From contig DAOTWG010000004.1 in the NCBI GenBank assembly GCA_034436015.1, positions 2,566 to 66,565 of the forward strand: a DNA stretch of 64,000 bases, given 5' to 3'. A model generated the notes under the pieces. The model was given only the letters and a program-made list of their open reading frames with translations. It had not been told where the DNA came from and made no database searches. The stretch comes from Anaerolineales bacterium (lineage in GTDB: Bacteria; Chloroflexota; Anaerolineae; Anaerolineales; Villigracilaceae). A program made the position numbers and the translations under genes. Shown one piece after another: positions 9,162-17,652 of the stretch; the first letter of the stretch is position 1, and each line of letters starts with the position of its first letter.

Positions 9162-9696
9162 TAGACAAAATTCTGTGTTTTTTCGTGGATGCCAGAGCAC
9201 AGAATGGCCCGCGTATCCCTATAGTTCCTGGTTAGCGCGTACTAAGGAGACCAGGCCGGTCGGCTCAGTGGATTCGCCAATGAAGCCATAGGGAGTGATT
9301 GGGAGATAGCGGGATGGAGTGATTTCGGCGTGCATTTCGCCCCGAGGGGCGTATGCGCGGCAGAGGGCGACTGCGCCGCTTTCCAGCCAAGGGCGTCGCC
9401 GAGGAAGCACTTTGTTGTCACGTTGCACGATGGGAGGAGGCCGTCGAGAGAAGCGCGCCTCCCGTCCGCGAGCACCCGGGTTAGGCCGATATTCAAGTCC
9501 ACGATGTAGGTGATAGTTTGCCCGTCCGCGGTTTGCCGGATCCGGGCGCCAAGCCCATCCTACGCGGAGGAGTATCCAACAGCTTCCTGATCGTCCTAAA
9601 CTTCGGACAAACGGCTTTAGAAGTTTTTGGCAGTGAATTTTGCGCATTACAGGCAGCAAGCGTCCGAACTCACGTCCGAACCTCAATGCGTCAGGC

Positions 9697-9725
9697 TTGT
9701 CAAACTGCCAGGAGTATGCTACAAT
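9697..9725 (+). promoter_or_regulatory. sigma-70-type promoter candidate for the hisG leader
   Basis: TTGTCA (9697-9702), 17-nt spacer, TACAAT (9720-9725). Confidence 0.5.
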
Positions 9726-9734
9726 GAATTCACC

Positions 9735-9809
9735 ATGTCCAGACCAGCCCTCGTACACCATCGTACTCGCCCGCCGGCTGCCATACCGGCTAGGGTTGTT
9801 TGGGGCTGA
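9735..9809 (+). CDS. candidate leaderless leader peptide (24 codons) with tandem His codons
   Basis: ATG lies 9 nt after the -10 hexamer. MSRPALVHHRTRPPAAIPARVVWG, with CAC CAT at 9756-9761 and stop TGA at 9807-9809. Confidence 0.3.
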   Translation: MSRPALVHHRTRPPAAIPARVVWG

Positions 9810-9832
9810 GTTAGGATTGGATCAGTGCGCCC

Positions 9833-9866
9833 AACGCTCCTCCGGTATGGAGGAGCGTTCTTTGTT
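9833..9866 (+). terminator. intrinsic terminator / attenuator hairpin upstream of hisG
   Basis: Perfect 11-bp stem AACGCTCCTCC / GGAGGAGCGTT (9833-9843 / 9849-9859), loop GGTAT, followed by CTTTGTT. It lies 79 nt before the hisG ATG. Confidence 0.55.
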
Positions 9867-9945
9867 ACCTTTGCTCACCGAAATCTCGGAAGGCCTCTTC
9901 CCTTTGTTTTCCGCATCGTGTGCTTCATAAACAGGAGAGGAAGCT

Positions 9946-10947
9946 ATGAGTCATCCGGAAATCCGCCTGGCACTCCCAAGCAAAGGCATATTGAGCGATC
10001 CTTCCCTGGAATTGCTCGCTCACGCTGGCTTGGCTGTGCACCGCCCCAACCCGCGTCAGTATAAGGCAACCATACCTACCATCCCTGGCCTAACCGTGCT
10101 CTTCCAGCGCGCCGGCGACATCGTCGTCGGGGTGCGTAGCGGCAGTCTGGACTTTGGCATCACCGGCGGCGATATGCTGGCCGAGAAAGGCGGCGACAAT
10201 GGGCATATCATTACCCTTCACCCCGCGCTGGGCTTTGGTCACTGTACGCTCAACGTCATCGCGCCGGAAGCCTGGGAACAGGTCAACACGATGGACGACT
10301 TGCGAACGTTGCAGGAGCGGTGGCAACGCCCTCTGCGTGTGGCGACGAAATTTCCCATCCTCACCCGCAACTTCTTCGCTAGGCGCGGCATTGACGCCGT
10401 CGAACTCATCTCCGCCGAAGGGACGCTCGAAATCGCGCCGGCGATCGGCTATGCCGACCTCATCACCGACCTGGTCTCGACCGGCACGACGTTGCACGAC
10501 AATCGTCTGAAGAAACTCGAAGATGGCCAGATTCTGGCTTCGCAGGCCTGCCTCATCGCCAACAAAGCTCGCTTGAAGAGCGATCCGACCGCCCTGGCCA
10601 TGGCGCGACAGTTGCTGGAGTTTATCGTCGCTCACTTGCGCGCCAGCGAGGCAGTTTCGGTCTTCGTCAACATACGCGGCGATTCGCCGGAGAGCATCGC
10701 CGCCCGCATGTTCACTCACCCGCTTATCGGCGGATTGCAGGGGCCCACACTCTCGCCGGTCGTCACACGCAGCGGTGAGAAATGGTACGCCGCCCACCTC
10801 ATTGTCCGCCGCCAACAACTGGCACAAGCCATCGCTCAACTGCGTGATGTAGGCGGCAGCGACATCGTCGTCACGCCTGTCACGTACATTTTCGAGGAGG
10901 AGCCGGAGGAATACCGCAACATGCTCGCTCAATTGGAGGCCGATTAA
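9946..10947 (+). CDS. hisG: ATP phosphoribosyltransferase (long form)
   Basis: 333 aa. N-terminus IRLALPSKG and a C-terminal regulatory-domain-length extension. RBS AGGAGAGG. First gene of the his run. Confidence 0.93.
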   Translation: MSHPEIRLALPSKGILSDPSLELLAHAGLAVHRPNPRQYKATIPTIPGLTVLFQRAGDIVVGVRSGSLDFGITGGDMLAEKGGDNGHIITLHPALGFGHCTLNVIAPEAWEQVNTMDDLRTLQERWQRPLRVATKFPILTRNFFARRGIDAVELISAEGTLEIAPAIGYADLITDLVSTGTTLHDNRLKKLEDGQILASQACLIANKARLKSDPTALAMARQLLEFIVAHLRASEAVSVFVNIRGDSPESIAARMFTHPLIGGLQGPTLSPVVTRSGEKWYAAHLIVRRQQLAQAIAQLRDVGGSDIVVTPVTYIFEEEPEEYRNMLAQLEAD

Positions 10948-12311
10948 TGGAAATCTACGACGTCCAAACCGCCCGTCAGACCATCCTTAAGCGACAACCG
11001 CTTCTTGCGCTAGACTATCCGCCGGCTACACTCGCACGGACAGCAGAACTGTTCGGCGCCGGCGTGACTCCGCCCCAGGCAGTCGCGCAAATCCTAGCCT
11101 CGGTGCGGGACGAAGGCGACGCCGCGCTACACCATTGGAGCAAACTCCTCGACCGGGTTGACCTGAGCGATTTCCGCATCCCCCAGAGCGAATCGGACGC
11201 CGCGCTTCGCGCGCTTTCCCCTGACCTGCTCTCCGCCCTGCAAATCGCTGCCGATCGCATTCGCTCCTTCCATGAACTGCAACCAATCCCCAATTGGGAA
11301 AGCGAAGCAATGGGCGGACGGCTCGGTCAACGGTTCACGCCTGTCGAACGTGTCGGCGTGTACGTGCCGGGCGGCACCGCTCCTTTGCCGTCCTCGCTGC
11401 TCATGGCGGTCATCCCGGCTCAGGTGGCAGGAGTGAAGGAAATCATTGTGGCGACCCCTCCCACGCAGTTGCCGGAGATGGCTCGTGGAGCGAACAACAG
11501 GCAACGGCCTACTGTCAACTCCGTGATTCTGGCCGCTTGCTCCCTGTGCGGAATCGGCGAAATCTATGCCCTCGGCGGCGCGCAGGCCATTGCTGCCATG
11601 GCCTTCGGCACCGAAAGTGTACCGCGCGTGGATAAGATCGTTGGTGCCGGCAATCTGTTCGTGACGCTCGCGAAACAGCAGGTCTATGGCATTGTCGGTC
11701 TGGACGGGCTGGCCGGCCCGACCGAAACTGTGGTCATTGCGGATGATACGGCCAATCCGGCCTGGGTGGCCGCCGACCTGCTCGCCCAGGCCGAACACGA
11801 CGTTCTTGCCACAGCCATCCTGTTCACGCCTAGCGAGAAGCTGGCGCACGCCGTGCAGGACGAAGTTAACCGCCAGGCGACAGCCCTCTCTCGCGCGGCC
11901 ATCATTGCCCAGTCGCTGGAGGGACGCAGCGGAATCGTCCTCACCCCCGACCTGGAAACCGCCGCCGCGCTGGCGAGCGAATACGCCCCCGAACATCTCT
12001 GTATTGCCACGCGCGACCCACAGGCCGTCGCCGCGCAAGTGCACAACGCCGGCGGCCTGTTCCTCGGCGAATACTCCTTCGAGGTGCTAGGAGACTACGT
12101 CGCCGGCCCGAGCCACGTGATGCCGACCGGCGGCACGGCGCGTTTTGCCTCTCCCCTCAATGTGTTGGATTTCCTCAAGATCACCAGCATCATCGCCCTC
12201 GACACCCCCACCTGTCGCGCGCTGAGTCGACCGGCCGCCGTCATCGCCCGCGCCGAAGGCCTCACCGCCCATGCCGCCGCCGCCGATTTTCGCGCCCAGT
12301 CGTCCGGCTAA
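10947..12311 (+). CDS. hisD: histidinol dehydrogenase
   Basis: 454 aa. The start overlaps the hisG stop (TAATG). GGAQAIAAMAFGTESVPRVDKIVGAGN and QAEHD motifs. Confidence 0.95.
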   Translation: MEIYDVQTARQTILKRQPLLALDYPPATLARTAELFGAGVTPPQAVAQILASVRDEGDAALHHWSKLLDRVDLSDFRIPQSESDAALRALSPDLLSALQIAADRIRSFHELQPIPNWESEAMGGRLGQRFTPVERVGVYVPGGTAPLPSSLLMAVIPAQVAGVKEIIVATPPTQLPEMARGANNRQRPTVNSVILAACSLCGIGEIYALGGAQAIAAMAFGTESVPRVDKIVGAGNLFVTLAKQQVYGIVGLDGLAGPTETVVIADDTANPAWVAADLLAQAEHDVLATAILFTPSEKLAHAVQDEVNRQATALSRAAIIAQSLEGRSGIVLTPDLETAAALASEYAPEHLCIATRDPQAVAAQVHNAGGLFLGEYSFEVLGDYVAGPSHVMPTGGTARFASPLNVLDFLKITSIIALDTPTCRALSRPAAVIARAEGLTAHAAAADFRAQSSG

Positions 12312-12320
12312 GAAAGCACC

Positions 12321-13421
12321 ATGTTCGACCCACAGACTCTTATCCGTCCTCACATCCGCGTAATGCCGCCCTACGAGCCGATCCTGCCGTTCGAGGTGCT
12401 ATCGCAGCACTTAGGCCGCGCTCCGCAGGACATCGTCAAACTGGACGCTAACGAGAATCCCTATGGAATGTTGCCGGCTATTCGCCAGGCGCTGGCACAG
12501 ATGCCTTACGGCCATATCTATCCCGACCCGGAAAGTCGCGCCCTGCGCGCCGCCTTGGCGCGCTACCATGGCGTTCCCGAGGAGAACATCCTAGCCGGCG
12601 CCGGAGCAGACGAGTTGATTGACCTCATTCTTCGCCTGGTCATCCATCCTGGCGATGTCATCCTGAACTGCCCACCGACCTTCGGCATGTATGCCTTCGA
12701 CGGCGATCTGAACGGCGCGCGCGTAGTGAGCGTAACGCGCCATCCCGACTTCAGCCTGGATGTAGAGGGAATCGAGCGCGCTGCCCACAAATACCGCGCA
12801 AAAGTCTTGTTCATTGCCTCGCCCAATAACCCCGATGGCAGCCTGACGCCGCGCGAGGTTATCCTGCGCTTGCTCGACCTGCCCCTGCTCGTGGTGGTGG
12901 ACGAAGCGTACATTGAGTTCGCCGAAACCTCATCCCTCGTTGCCGAAGCGCCCTCCCGCTCGAATCTCATCACCCTGCGCACCTTCAGCAAGTGGGCCGG
13001 ACTGGCCGGCCTGCGCGTGGGTTTTGGGGTTTTTCCCTCGGCGCTCATGCCGCATCTTTGGAAAATCAAGCAACCGTATAATGTATCCGTCGCCGCGGCA
13101 ACGGCGGCCATGGCCGCCCTCGAACATGCCGAGGAGTTGCGCGCGCTGGTTCAAAGAATCATCGCCGAGCGTGAACGCCTGTTCGTCTTGCTGCAAGCCA
13201 TTCCCTGGTTACATCCTTACCCCTCGCGCTCGAACTTCATCCTCTGCCGTGTCCTTGGCCGTGACGCCGTCGCGCTGAAACGCGCCCTAGCCGCGCGCGG
13301 CATCCTCGTCCGCTATTTTGATAAACCTGCTTTGCAGGATTGCATCCGCATCAGCGTAGGGAGACCGGAACACACCGACGCCCTGCTTTCCGCGTTGTCC
13401 CAGATCGCGCTGGAACGTTGA
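12321..13421 (+). CDS. hisC: histidinol-phosphate aminotransferase
   Basis: 366 aa. LDANENPYG and the PLP-lysine context [16 protein letters not shown]. Confidence 0.93.
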   Translation: MFDPQTLIRPHIRVMPPYEPILPFEVLSQHLGRAPQDIVKLDANENPYGMLPAIRQALAQMPYGHIYPDPESRALRAALARYHGVPEENILAGAGADELIDLILRLVIHPGDVILNCPPTFGMYAFDGDLNGARVVSVTRHPDFSLDVEGIERAAHKYRAKVLFIASPNNPDGSLTPREVILRLLDLPLLVVVDEAYIEFAETSSLVAEAPSRSNLITLRTFSKWAGLAGLRVGFGVFPSALMPHLWKIKQPYNVSVAAATAAMAALEHAEELRALVQRIIAERERLFVLLQAIPWLHPYPSRSNFILCRVLGRDAVALKRALAARGILVRYFDKPALQDCIRISVGRPEHTDALLSALSQIALER

Positions 13422-13446
13422 CTCGTCCCAATTGGAAAGGAAAATC

Positions 13447-14037
13447 ATGCGCACTGCCAATATTGAGCGCAAGACCAACGAGACCGAGATTCTCGTCGAG
13501 TTGAATCTAGATGGTTCTGGTCAGCATTCCATTGCTACCGACATCGGCTTCCTCGACCACATGCTGGGTCACCTCGCCGTACATGGTCTCTTCGACCTGA
13601 ATGTGCGCGCCCGCGGCGATCTGCAGGTTGACCCACACCACACTGTGGAGGACGTGGCCCTCGCGCTCGGCAAAGCCCTCGACCAGGCGCTGGGCGAGCG
13701 AACGGGCATCGTCCGCATCGCGCACGCCTACGTTCCTATGGATGAAACCCTGGCTTTCGTCGCGCTCGACTTTTCGGGCCGGCCCTACGCCGTCATCGAG
13801 GCGGAGTGGAACGCGCCCGCCGTCGGCGCGCTGCCGACCAGCCTGTTCGCCCATTTCTTCGAGAGTTTCGCCATGACTGCCCGTTGCACGCTGCATGCCC
13901 GCGTCCTCTATGGCCGCGATGACCATCATAAGGCCGAGGCGCTCTTCAAGGCCTTCGCCCGCGCCCTGCGCGCCGCTGTCGCCCTTGACCCCAGGCGAGA
14001 GGGCGTCCCCAGCACGAAAGGCACGCTCACGCGCTGA
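13447..14037 (+). CDS. hisB: imidazoleglycerol-phosphate dehydratase
   Basis: ATG 13447 with GGAAAGG RBS (ORF track TTG at 13432). [18 protein letters not shown] and [10 protein letters not shown] motifs. Confidence 0.93.
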   Translation: MRTANIERKTNETEILVELNLDGSGQHSIATDIGFLDHMLGHLAVHGLFDLNVRARGDLQVDPHHTVEDVALALGKALDQALGERTGIVRIAHAYVPMDETLAFVALDFSGRPYAVIEAEWNAPAVGALPTSLFAHFFESFAMTARCTLHARVLYGRDDHHKAEALFKAFARALRAAVALDPRREGVPSTKGTLTR

Positions 14038-14057
14038 CGACCGACGACGGATGACGA

Positions 14058-14795
14058 ATGATCGATACTCCTTTCCTCATCCTCCCCGCCCTCGACCTGC
14101 GCGGCGGCAAAGTGGTGCGCCTGGAGCAAGGCGACCCGGCGCGGCAAACCGTCTACGGCGACGACCCGCGCGCCTGGGCCGAACGCTGGAAAGCCGAGGG
14201 GGCAGAGTGGCTGCATGTGGTCAACCTGAGCGGCGCATTCGGCGAGGAGGCGAACGCCAATTGGAAGGCGCTGGAACGCATCCTGGATATCGGCCTGAAG
14301 GTGGAATTCGGCGGCGGTTTGCGCGAGAAAGAGTCCATTCGCGTCGCCCTCGATCTGGGTGTCGAACGCGTCTTCCTCGGCACGGCGGCTATCCAAAATC
14401 CGCCGCTGCTGGTCTGGGCACTGGAGACTTACGGCCCGCAGCGAATCGCCGGCGACATCGGCGCGCGGGATGGCAAAGTGACCGTCGCCGGCTGGCAGGA
14501 GACCACGGCGCTGACCGTGCTCGAAGCGGGAGAATTCCTTTACGCCCAGGGCGTCCGCTGGTGTGTGCTGACCGATGTCCGGCGCGACGGCGTCGGTGGC
14601 GGCCTGAACGTGGGAAGCGCGGCGGCGTTGCAATCGGCGACCGGGCTGCGCGTGGTCGCCTCGGGCGGCGTCTCCACGGTGGAGGACATCCGCCGCGCCC
14701 GCGCCGCCGGTCTGGCCGGCGTCATTATCGGCCGGGCGCTGTATGAAGAAAAACTCTCCCTGAGCGAGTGTCTGCGCCATGATTACCATCGTTGA
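14058..14795 (+). CDS. hisA: ProFAR isomerase HisA
   Basis: 245 aa. The N-terminus LPALDLRGGKVVRLEQGD is HisA-type rather than HisF-type. Confidence 0.9.
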   Translation: MIDTPFLILPALDLRGGKVVRLEQGDPARQTVYGDDPRAWAERWKAEGAEWLHVVNLSGAFGEEANANWKALERILDIGLKVEFGGGLREKESIRVALDLGVERVFLGTAAIQNPPLLVWALETYGPQRIAGDIGARDGKVTVAGWQETTALTVLEAGEFLYAQGVRWCVLTDVRRDGVGGGLNVGSAAALQSATGLRVVASGGVSTVEDIRRARAAGLAGVIIGRALYEEKLSLSECLRHDYHR

Positions 14796-15390
14796 CTATC
14801 AGGCCGGCAATCTGACTTCAGTGCGGCGCGCCCTCGCCGCCCTGGGCATCTCCAGCCAAATCACCGCCGACCCGGAACTTATCCGCCGCGCCGGACGCAT
14901 CATCTTCCCCGGCGTGGGCGCGGCCGGCGCAGCCATGGCTGTTCTGCGAGCGCGCGGCCTCGACGAGGCGCTGACCGAGGCCTTTCGCGCCGGAACGCCC
15001 ATCCTGGGCATCTGCCTCGGCTGTCAAGTTATCCTGACCCATTCCGAGGAAGATGACGCTGATTGCCTGAACCTGATTCCCGGCCAGACGGCGCGCTTCC
15101 GCCTCGCCGACCCGGCGCTGAAGATCCCGCACATGGGTTGGAACGAAGTCGCGGTGACGAGGCCGCACCCGTTGCTGGCGCACCTGCAGCCCGGCGACCG
15201 GTTCTACTTTGTGCATTCCTACTATCCCTGGCCCGAACATCCCAACGATGTTTTTGCCGTGTGCGAGTACGGCATCACGTTCCCAGCAGCCATCGGTAGA
15301 GATAACCTCTTCGCCGTCCAGTTCCATGCCGAGAAAAGCGGGCCGCTCGGATTACAACTGTTGAAGAATTTTGCAGAGTGGGGACCGTGA
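14779..15390 (+). CDS. hisH: imidazole glycerol phosphate synthase, glutamine amidotransferase subunit
   Basis: 203 aa. GICLGCQ nucleophile elbow, FVHSYY and FHAEKS. Overlaps hisA by 17 nt. Confidence 0.93.
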   Translation: MITIVDYQAGNLTSVRRALAALGISSQITADPELIRRAGRIIFPGVGAAGAAMAVLRARGLDEALTEAFRAGTPILGICLGCQVILTHSEEDDADCLNLIPGQTARFRLADPALKIPHMGWNEVAVTRPHPLLAHLQPGDRFYFVHSYYPWPEHPNDVFAVCEYGITFPAAIGRDNLFAVQFHAEKSGPLGLQLLKNFAEWGP

Positions 15391-15447
15391 ATGGGTCATG
15401 CTGCCCTCCCCCTGAAAGGCAAGAAAAAGCAACCTCTCCGACGACGG

Positions 15448-16131
15448 TCAATCCACGAAACGGTATTTCAAGAGCGCCCACAAGGCATGGAAAGCATCCT
15501 TCGCCTTGATTTTCTTGCCGGCAGAATAATCGCGCGGATTGAACGCGATCGGCACTTCAAAAATTCGCACACGGCGCTTGAGCATCTTGGCGGTAAATTC
15601 CGGTTCGAACTCGAAACGCTGCGCGCGCAGAGTCACTCCATTCAACACAGAGCGACGAAAGACTTTATAGCCGGTTTCCATATCGCTAAGGATGTTTTTG
15701 TATAAGAGATTCGTCAGGAACGTGAGGATTCTGTTGGCTACCATGTTCCAAAACAGAATGGGACGGCGCGGCCCGCCAAGAAAACGCGAACCGTAGACGA
15801 CGTCGGCAATTCCTTCCTGGATAGGGCGCAATAGAGCCGGATAATCGCGCGGATCATATTCAAGGTCAGCGTCTTGAATCAACACAACCTCGCCGGTGAC
15901 AACCGCCAGGCCGCTTCGGATGGCACAGCCTTTTCCTCGATTGGCAGGATGAAAGATCACCTTGATATTCCTCTGTCCGTCTAATTCTTTCAGGATTTCG
16001 CGGGTGCCATCGGTGGAGCCATCGTCCACCACGATGATTTCCTCTGCCAGACCTGTCGCTTGCACGCGGTGGAGGATCTCTCGCACGCTATTTACTTCGT
16101 TGTACACCGGAACGATAACGGATAATTTCAT
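15448..16131 (-). CDS. family 2 glycosyltransferase
   Basis: Start trimmed to ATG at 16131 (MKLSVIVPVYNE...), because the ORF-track N-terminal extension runs into the ssrA promoter and gene. VVDDGSTDGT motif. Confidence 0.85.
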   Translation of the reverse strand: MKLSVIVPVYNEVNSVREILHRVQATGLAEEIIVVDDGSTDGTREILKELDGQRNIKVIFHPANRGKGCAIRSGLAVVTGEVVLIQDADLEYDPRDYPALLRPIQEGIADVVYGSRFLGGPRRPILFWNMVANRILTFLTNLLYKNILSDMETGYKVFRRSVLNGVTLRAQRFEFEPEFTAKMLKRRVRIFEVPIAFNPRDYSAGKKIKAKDAFHALWALLKYRFVD

Positions 16132-16152
16132 AGGTAAGATTATACCTGAATG

Positions 16153-16180
16153 TTGCCGAGACGTGAATCTATAGTATAAT
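16153..16180 (+). promoter_or_regulatory. promoter candidate for ssrA
   Basis: TTGCCG (16153-16158), 16-nt spacer, TATAAT (16175-16180), ending 9 nt before the tmRNA 5' end. Confidence 0.45.
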
Positions 16181-16189
16181 ATTTTTACC

Positions 16190-16590
16190 GGGGATGACAG
16201 GCTTCGACGGAAGAGGCTGGTCCCGGAATGCGAGCCGAGAGGCGCCGAACTCGAAAAATCAGCGCGACCAAAAAGTGCCAACCGCACTTCCTATGCTGCG
16301 ATGCCGCTCGCTGCGTAAGCAGGAGAGAGCAGAAGCAGTCGGTCTCCCATAGAGAGGCCGCGTCCCTTCTCCCCGCTCTCTGCCCGGCGGAGAGTGTGGG
16401 CGTGAGAAAGGCGGAGTGCCGCGCACGATGCCACTACCTGCGCGAAAGAGGGCTTTCGGGTCCAAGTGGCTGGCCGCCGGCGTGTTTTGTCGGCTTGAAC
16501 ATCCGGCGGTGAGCATTTGCAACCGACTACGCTCGTAGAGTTCCGAGGGCCGAGTCTTTCGGACGCGGGTTCGATTCCCGCCATCTCCAC
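16190..16590 (+). ncRNA. ssrA: transfer-messenger RNA (tmRNA)
   Basis: The 5' end GGGGATGACAGGCTTCGACGG and the 3' end GGACGCGGGTTCGATTCCCGCCATCTCCA form a tRNA-like acceptor/T-arm. The internal tag frame GCC AAC CGC ACT TCC TAT GCT GCG ATG CCG CTC GCT GCG TAA (16277-16318) encodes ANRTSYAAMPLAA, with the canonical LAA end. Confidence 0.93.
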
Positions 16591-16597
16591 TTCTTCC

Positions 16598-16631
16598 GCG
16601 CGCCTTATCTTATAGGCAGCGCGCTTTCTTT
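16598..16631 (+). terminator. intrinsic terminator after ssrA
   Basis: GCGCGCCT / AGGCAGCGCGC stem (6+3 bp with a 2-nt bulge), loop TATCTTAT, followed by TTTCTTT. Confidence 0.5.
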
Positions 16632-16667
16632 AACTTCCCATCTCCCAATCTTTGGTAAAATCATTCC

Positions 16668-17534
16668 ATGTACACGCTCGACCTGGAGCGTTTGCGCGAC
16701 CATCGCGCCCGGACGTTTCGTTTGCCGCCGTATGGTCCGCTGGCCACCTTCGAAGAGGCGACTGCATTCGTCCGCGAGCGGGGATTCGTTTTCTTCTGGC
16801 CTGTCAAAGGCGTAGATTTGCCTTCGCTATGGACCGCCGTTGCAGGCGAACGGCCAGCAGCGGACGCTCACGACGATCCCGGTCACATCACATGGGGGTG
16901 GAAAGACGAATCGCTCGGCAAGCGTATTTGGTATTACGCCAAGATTCTGCGGCGCAAAGGCACCTTCCTCTCTCTGGAATTTGCTCCCTACTTCTACGCT
17001 CTTTCCGAAAACTATGGCAATCCTCAAGAAGATTACTTGCTGGCTTATGAGGAGGGCCGCCTTACGCAAGCCGCCAAACAGGTGTACGAAACACTCTTGC
17101 GGGAAGGGGCCTTGGATACGCTTACCCTGCGGAAAGCCGCTCGTCTGAGCCATGCCAGCGACTCTGAGTTTAACCGAGCGCTGGAAGACCTTCAGGCCGA
17201 TTTCAAAATCCTGCCGGTCGGCATAGCCGAGGCCGGAGCATGGAAATACGCTTATCGCTATGACGTTACGTTCCGTCACTTGCCCGATCTGCCCGAGCAG
17301 GCCCGTGTCATCAGCGAGGCCGAGGCGCGACAGAAACTGGTGGAAGCCTACCTCACCTCGGTCGGCGCGGCGCAACCTCACACTGTGAGCAAACTCTTTT
17401 CCTGGTCTCTCGAATTGACTCAACGCGTGCTGAACACCCTTCTCCGCAATCAGCGTCTAGTGGAAGCCACCCACCCTGCCCAAGGCAGCACATGGATCGT
17501 CCGCCCTGAGCTGGCAGGGAGCAGGCTACCCTGA
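16668..17534 (+). CDS. hypothetical protein (weak winged-helix-like resemblance only)
   Basis: 288-aa ORF with ordinary amino-acid composition, directly downstream of ssrA. No confident family. Confidence 0.6.
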   Translation: MYTLDLERLRDHRARTFRLPPYGPLATFEEATAFVRERGFVFFWPVKGVDLPSLWTAVAGERPAADAHDDPGHITWGWKDESLGKRIWYYAKILRRKGTFLSLEFAPYFYALSENYGNPQEDYLLAYEEGRLTQAAKQVYETLLREGALDTLTLRKAARLSHASDSEFNRALEDLQADFKILPVGIAEAGAWKYAYRYDVTFRHLPDLPEQARVISEAEARQKLVEAYLTSVGAAQPHTVSKLFSWSLELTQRVLNTLLRNQRLVEATHPAQGSTWIVRPELAGSRLP

Positions 17535-17652
17535 CCGTGTTTGCCTCTACTTGTCCAACCATGTCCTTTCCCCATCGCGTTGTCTCTCGGATTTCTCTCC
17601 ATGCACCCCATCGCTTCACAGCGATAGTACCCCCTTTCCCAAGGAGCCGTTT

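Noticed and set aside
9241-9262. GGAGACCAGGCC segment resembling the B12-box of cobalamin riboswitches
   Set aside because: The other conserved cobalamin-riboswitch elements are not present in the correct order, and no B12-related gene follows.
9219-9761. 180-aa minus-strand ORF in the rnhB-hisG spacer, considered as a possible Uma2/DUF820-like pseudogene
   Set aside because: Arg/Pro-rich, non-protein-like sequence. I could not align any frame to a known family. It also runs through the hisG promoter candidate. The region is kept only as 'unassigned' in the findings.
9790-9866. T-box riboswitch upstream of hisG
   Set aside because: TTGGATCAGTGCG only loosely resembles the GGGTGGTACCGCG T-box. 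No upstream segment is complementary to the 5' arm of the terminator in the T-box manner, and no specifier-loop architecture is evident. The ribosome-mediated attenuator model fits the sequence better.
10090-12044. Long antisense ORFs over hisG and hisD (10090-10932 minus, 11127-12044 minus, and others)
   Set aside because: They lie opposite strongly supported his genes. Their Arg/Gly/Ala-rich composition is typical of spurious open frames in GC-rich DNA. No recognisable motifs.
13895-14789. 283-aa plus-strand ORF (13895-14746) and 287-aa minus-strand ORF (13926-14789) overlapping hisB/hisA
   Set aside because: Out-of-frame or antisense to hisA. Extreme Arg/Pro/Gly content. No start context.
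16291-16590. 99-aa minus-strand ORF (MEMAGIEPASERL...)
   Set aside because: It is the antisense translation of the tmRNA tRNA-like domain. The MAGIEP pattern is the classic artefact of a T-arm.
16590-17540. Possible genomic island integrated at the 3' end of ssrA
   Set aside because: No integrase gene, and I found no duplicated copy of the tmRNA 3' end (att-like repeat) downstream. The neighbouring genes look chromosomal.
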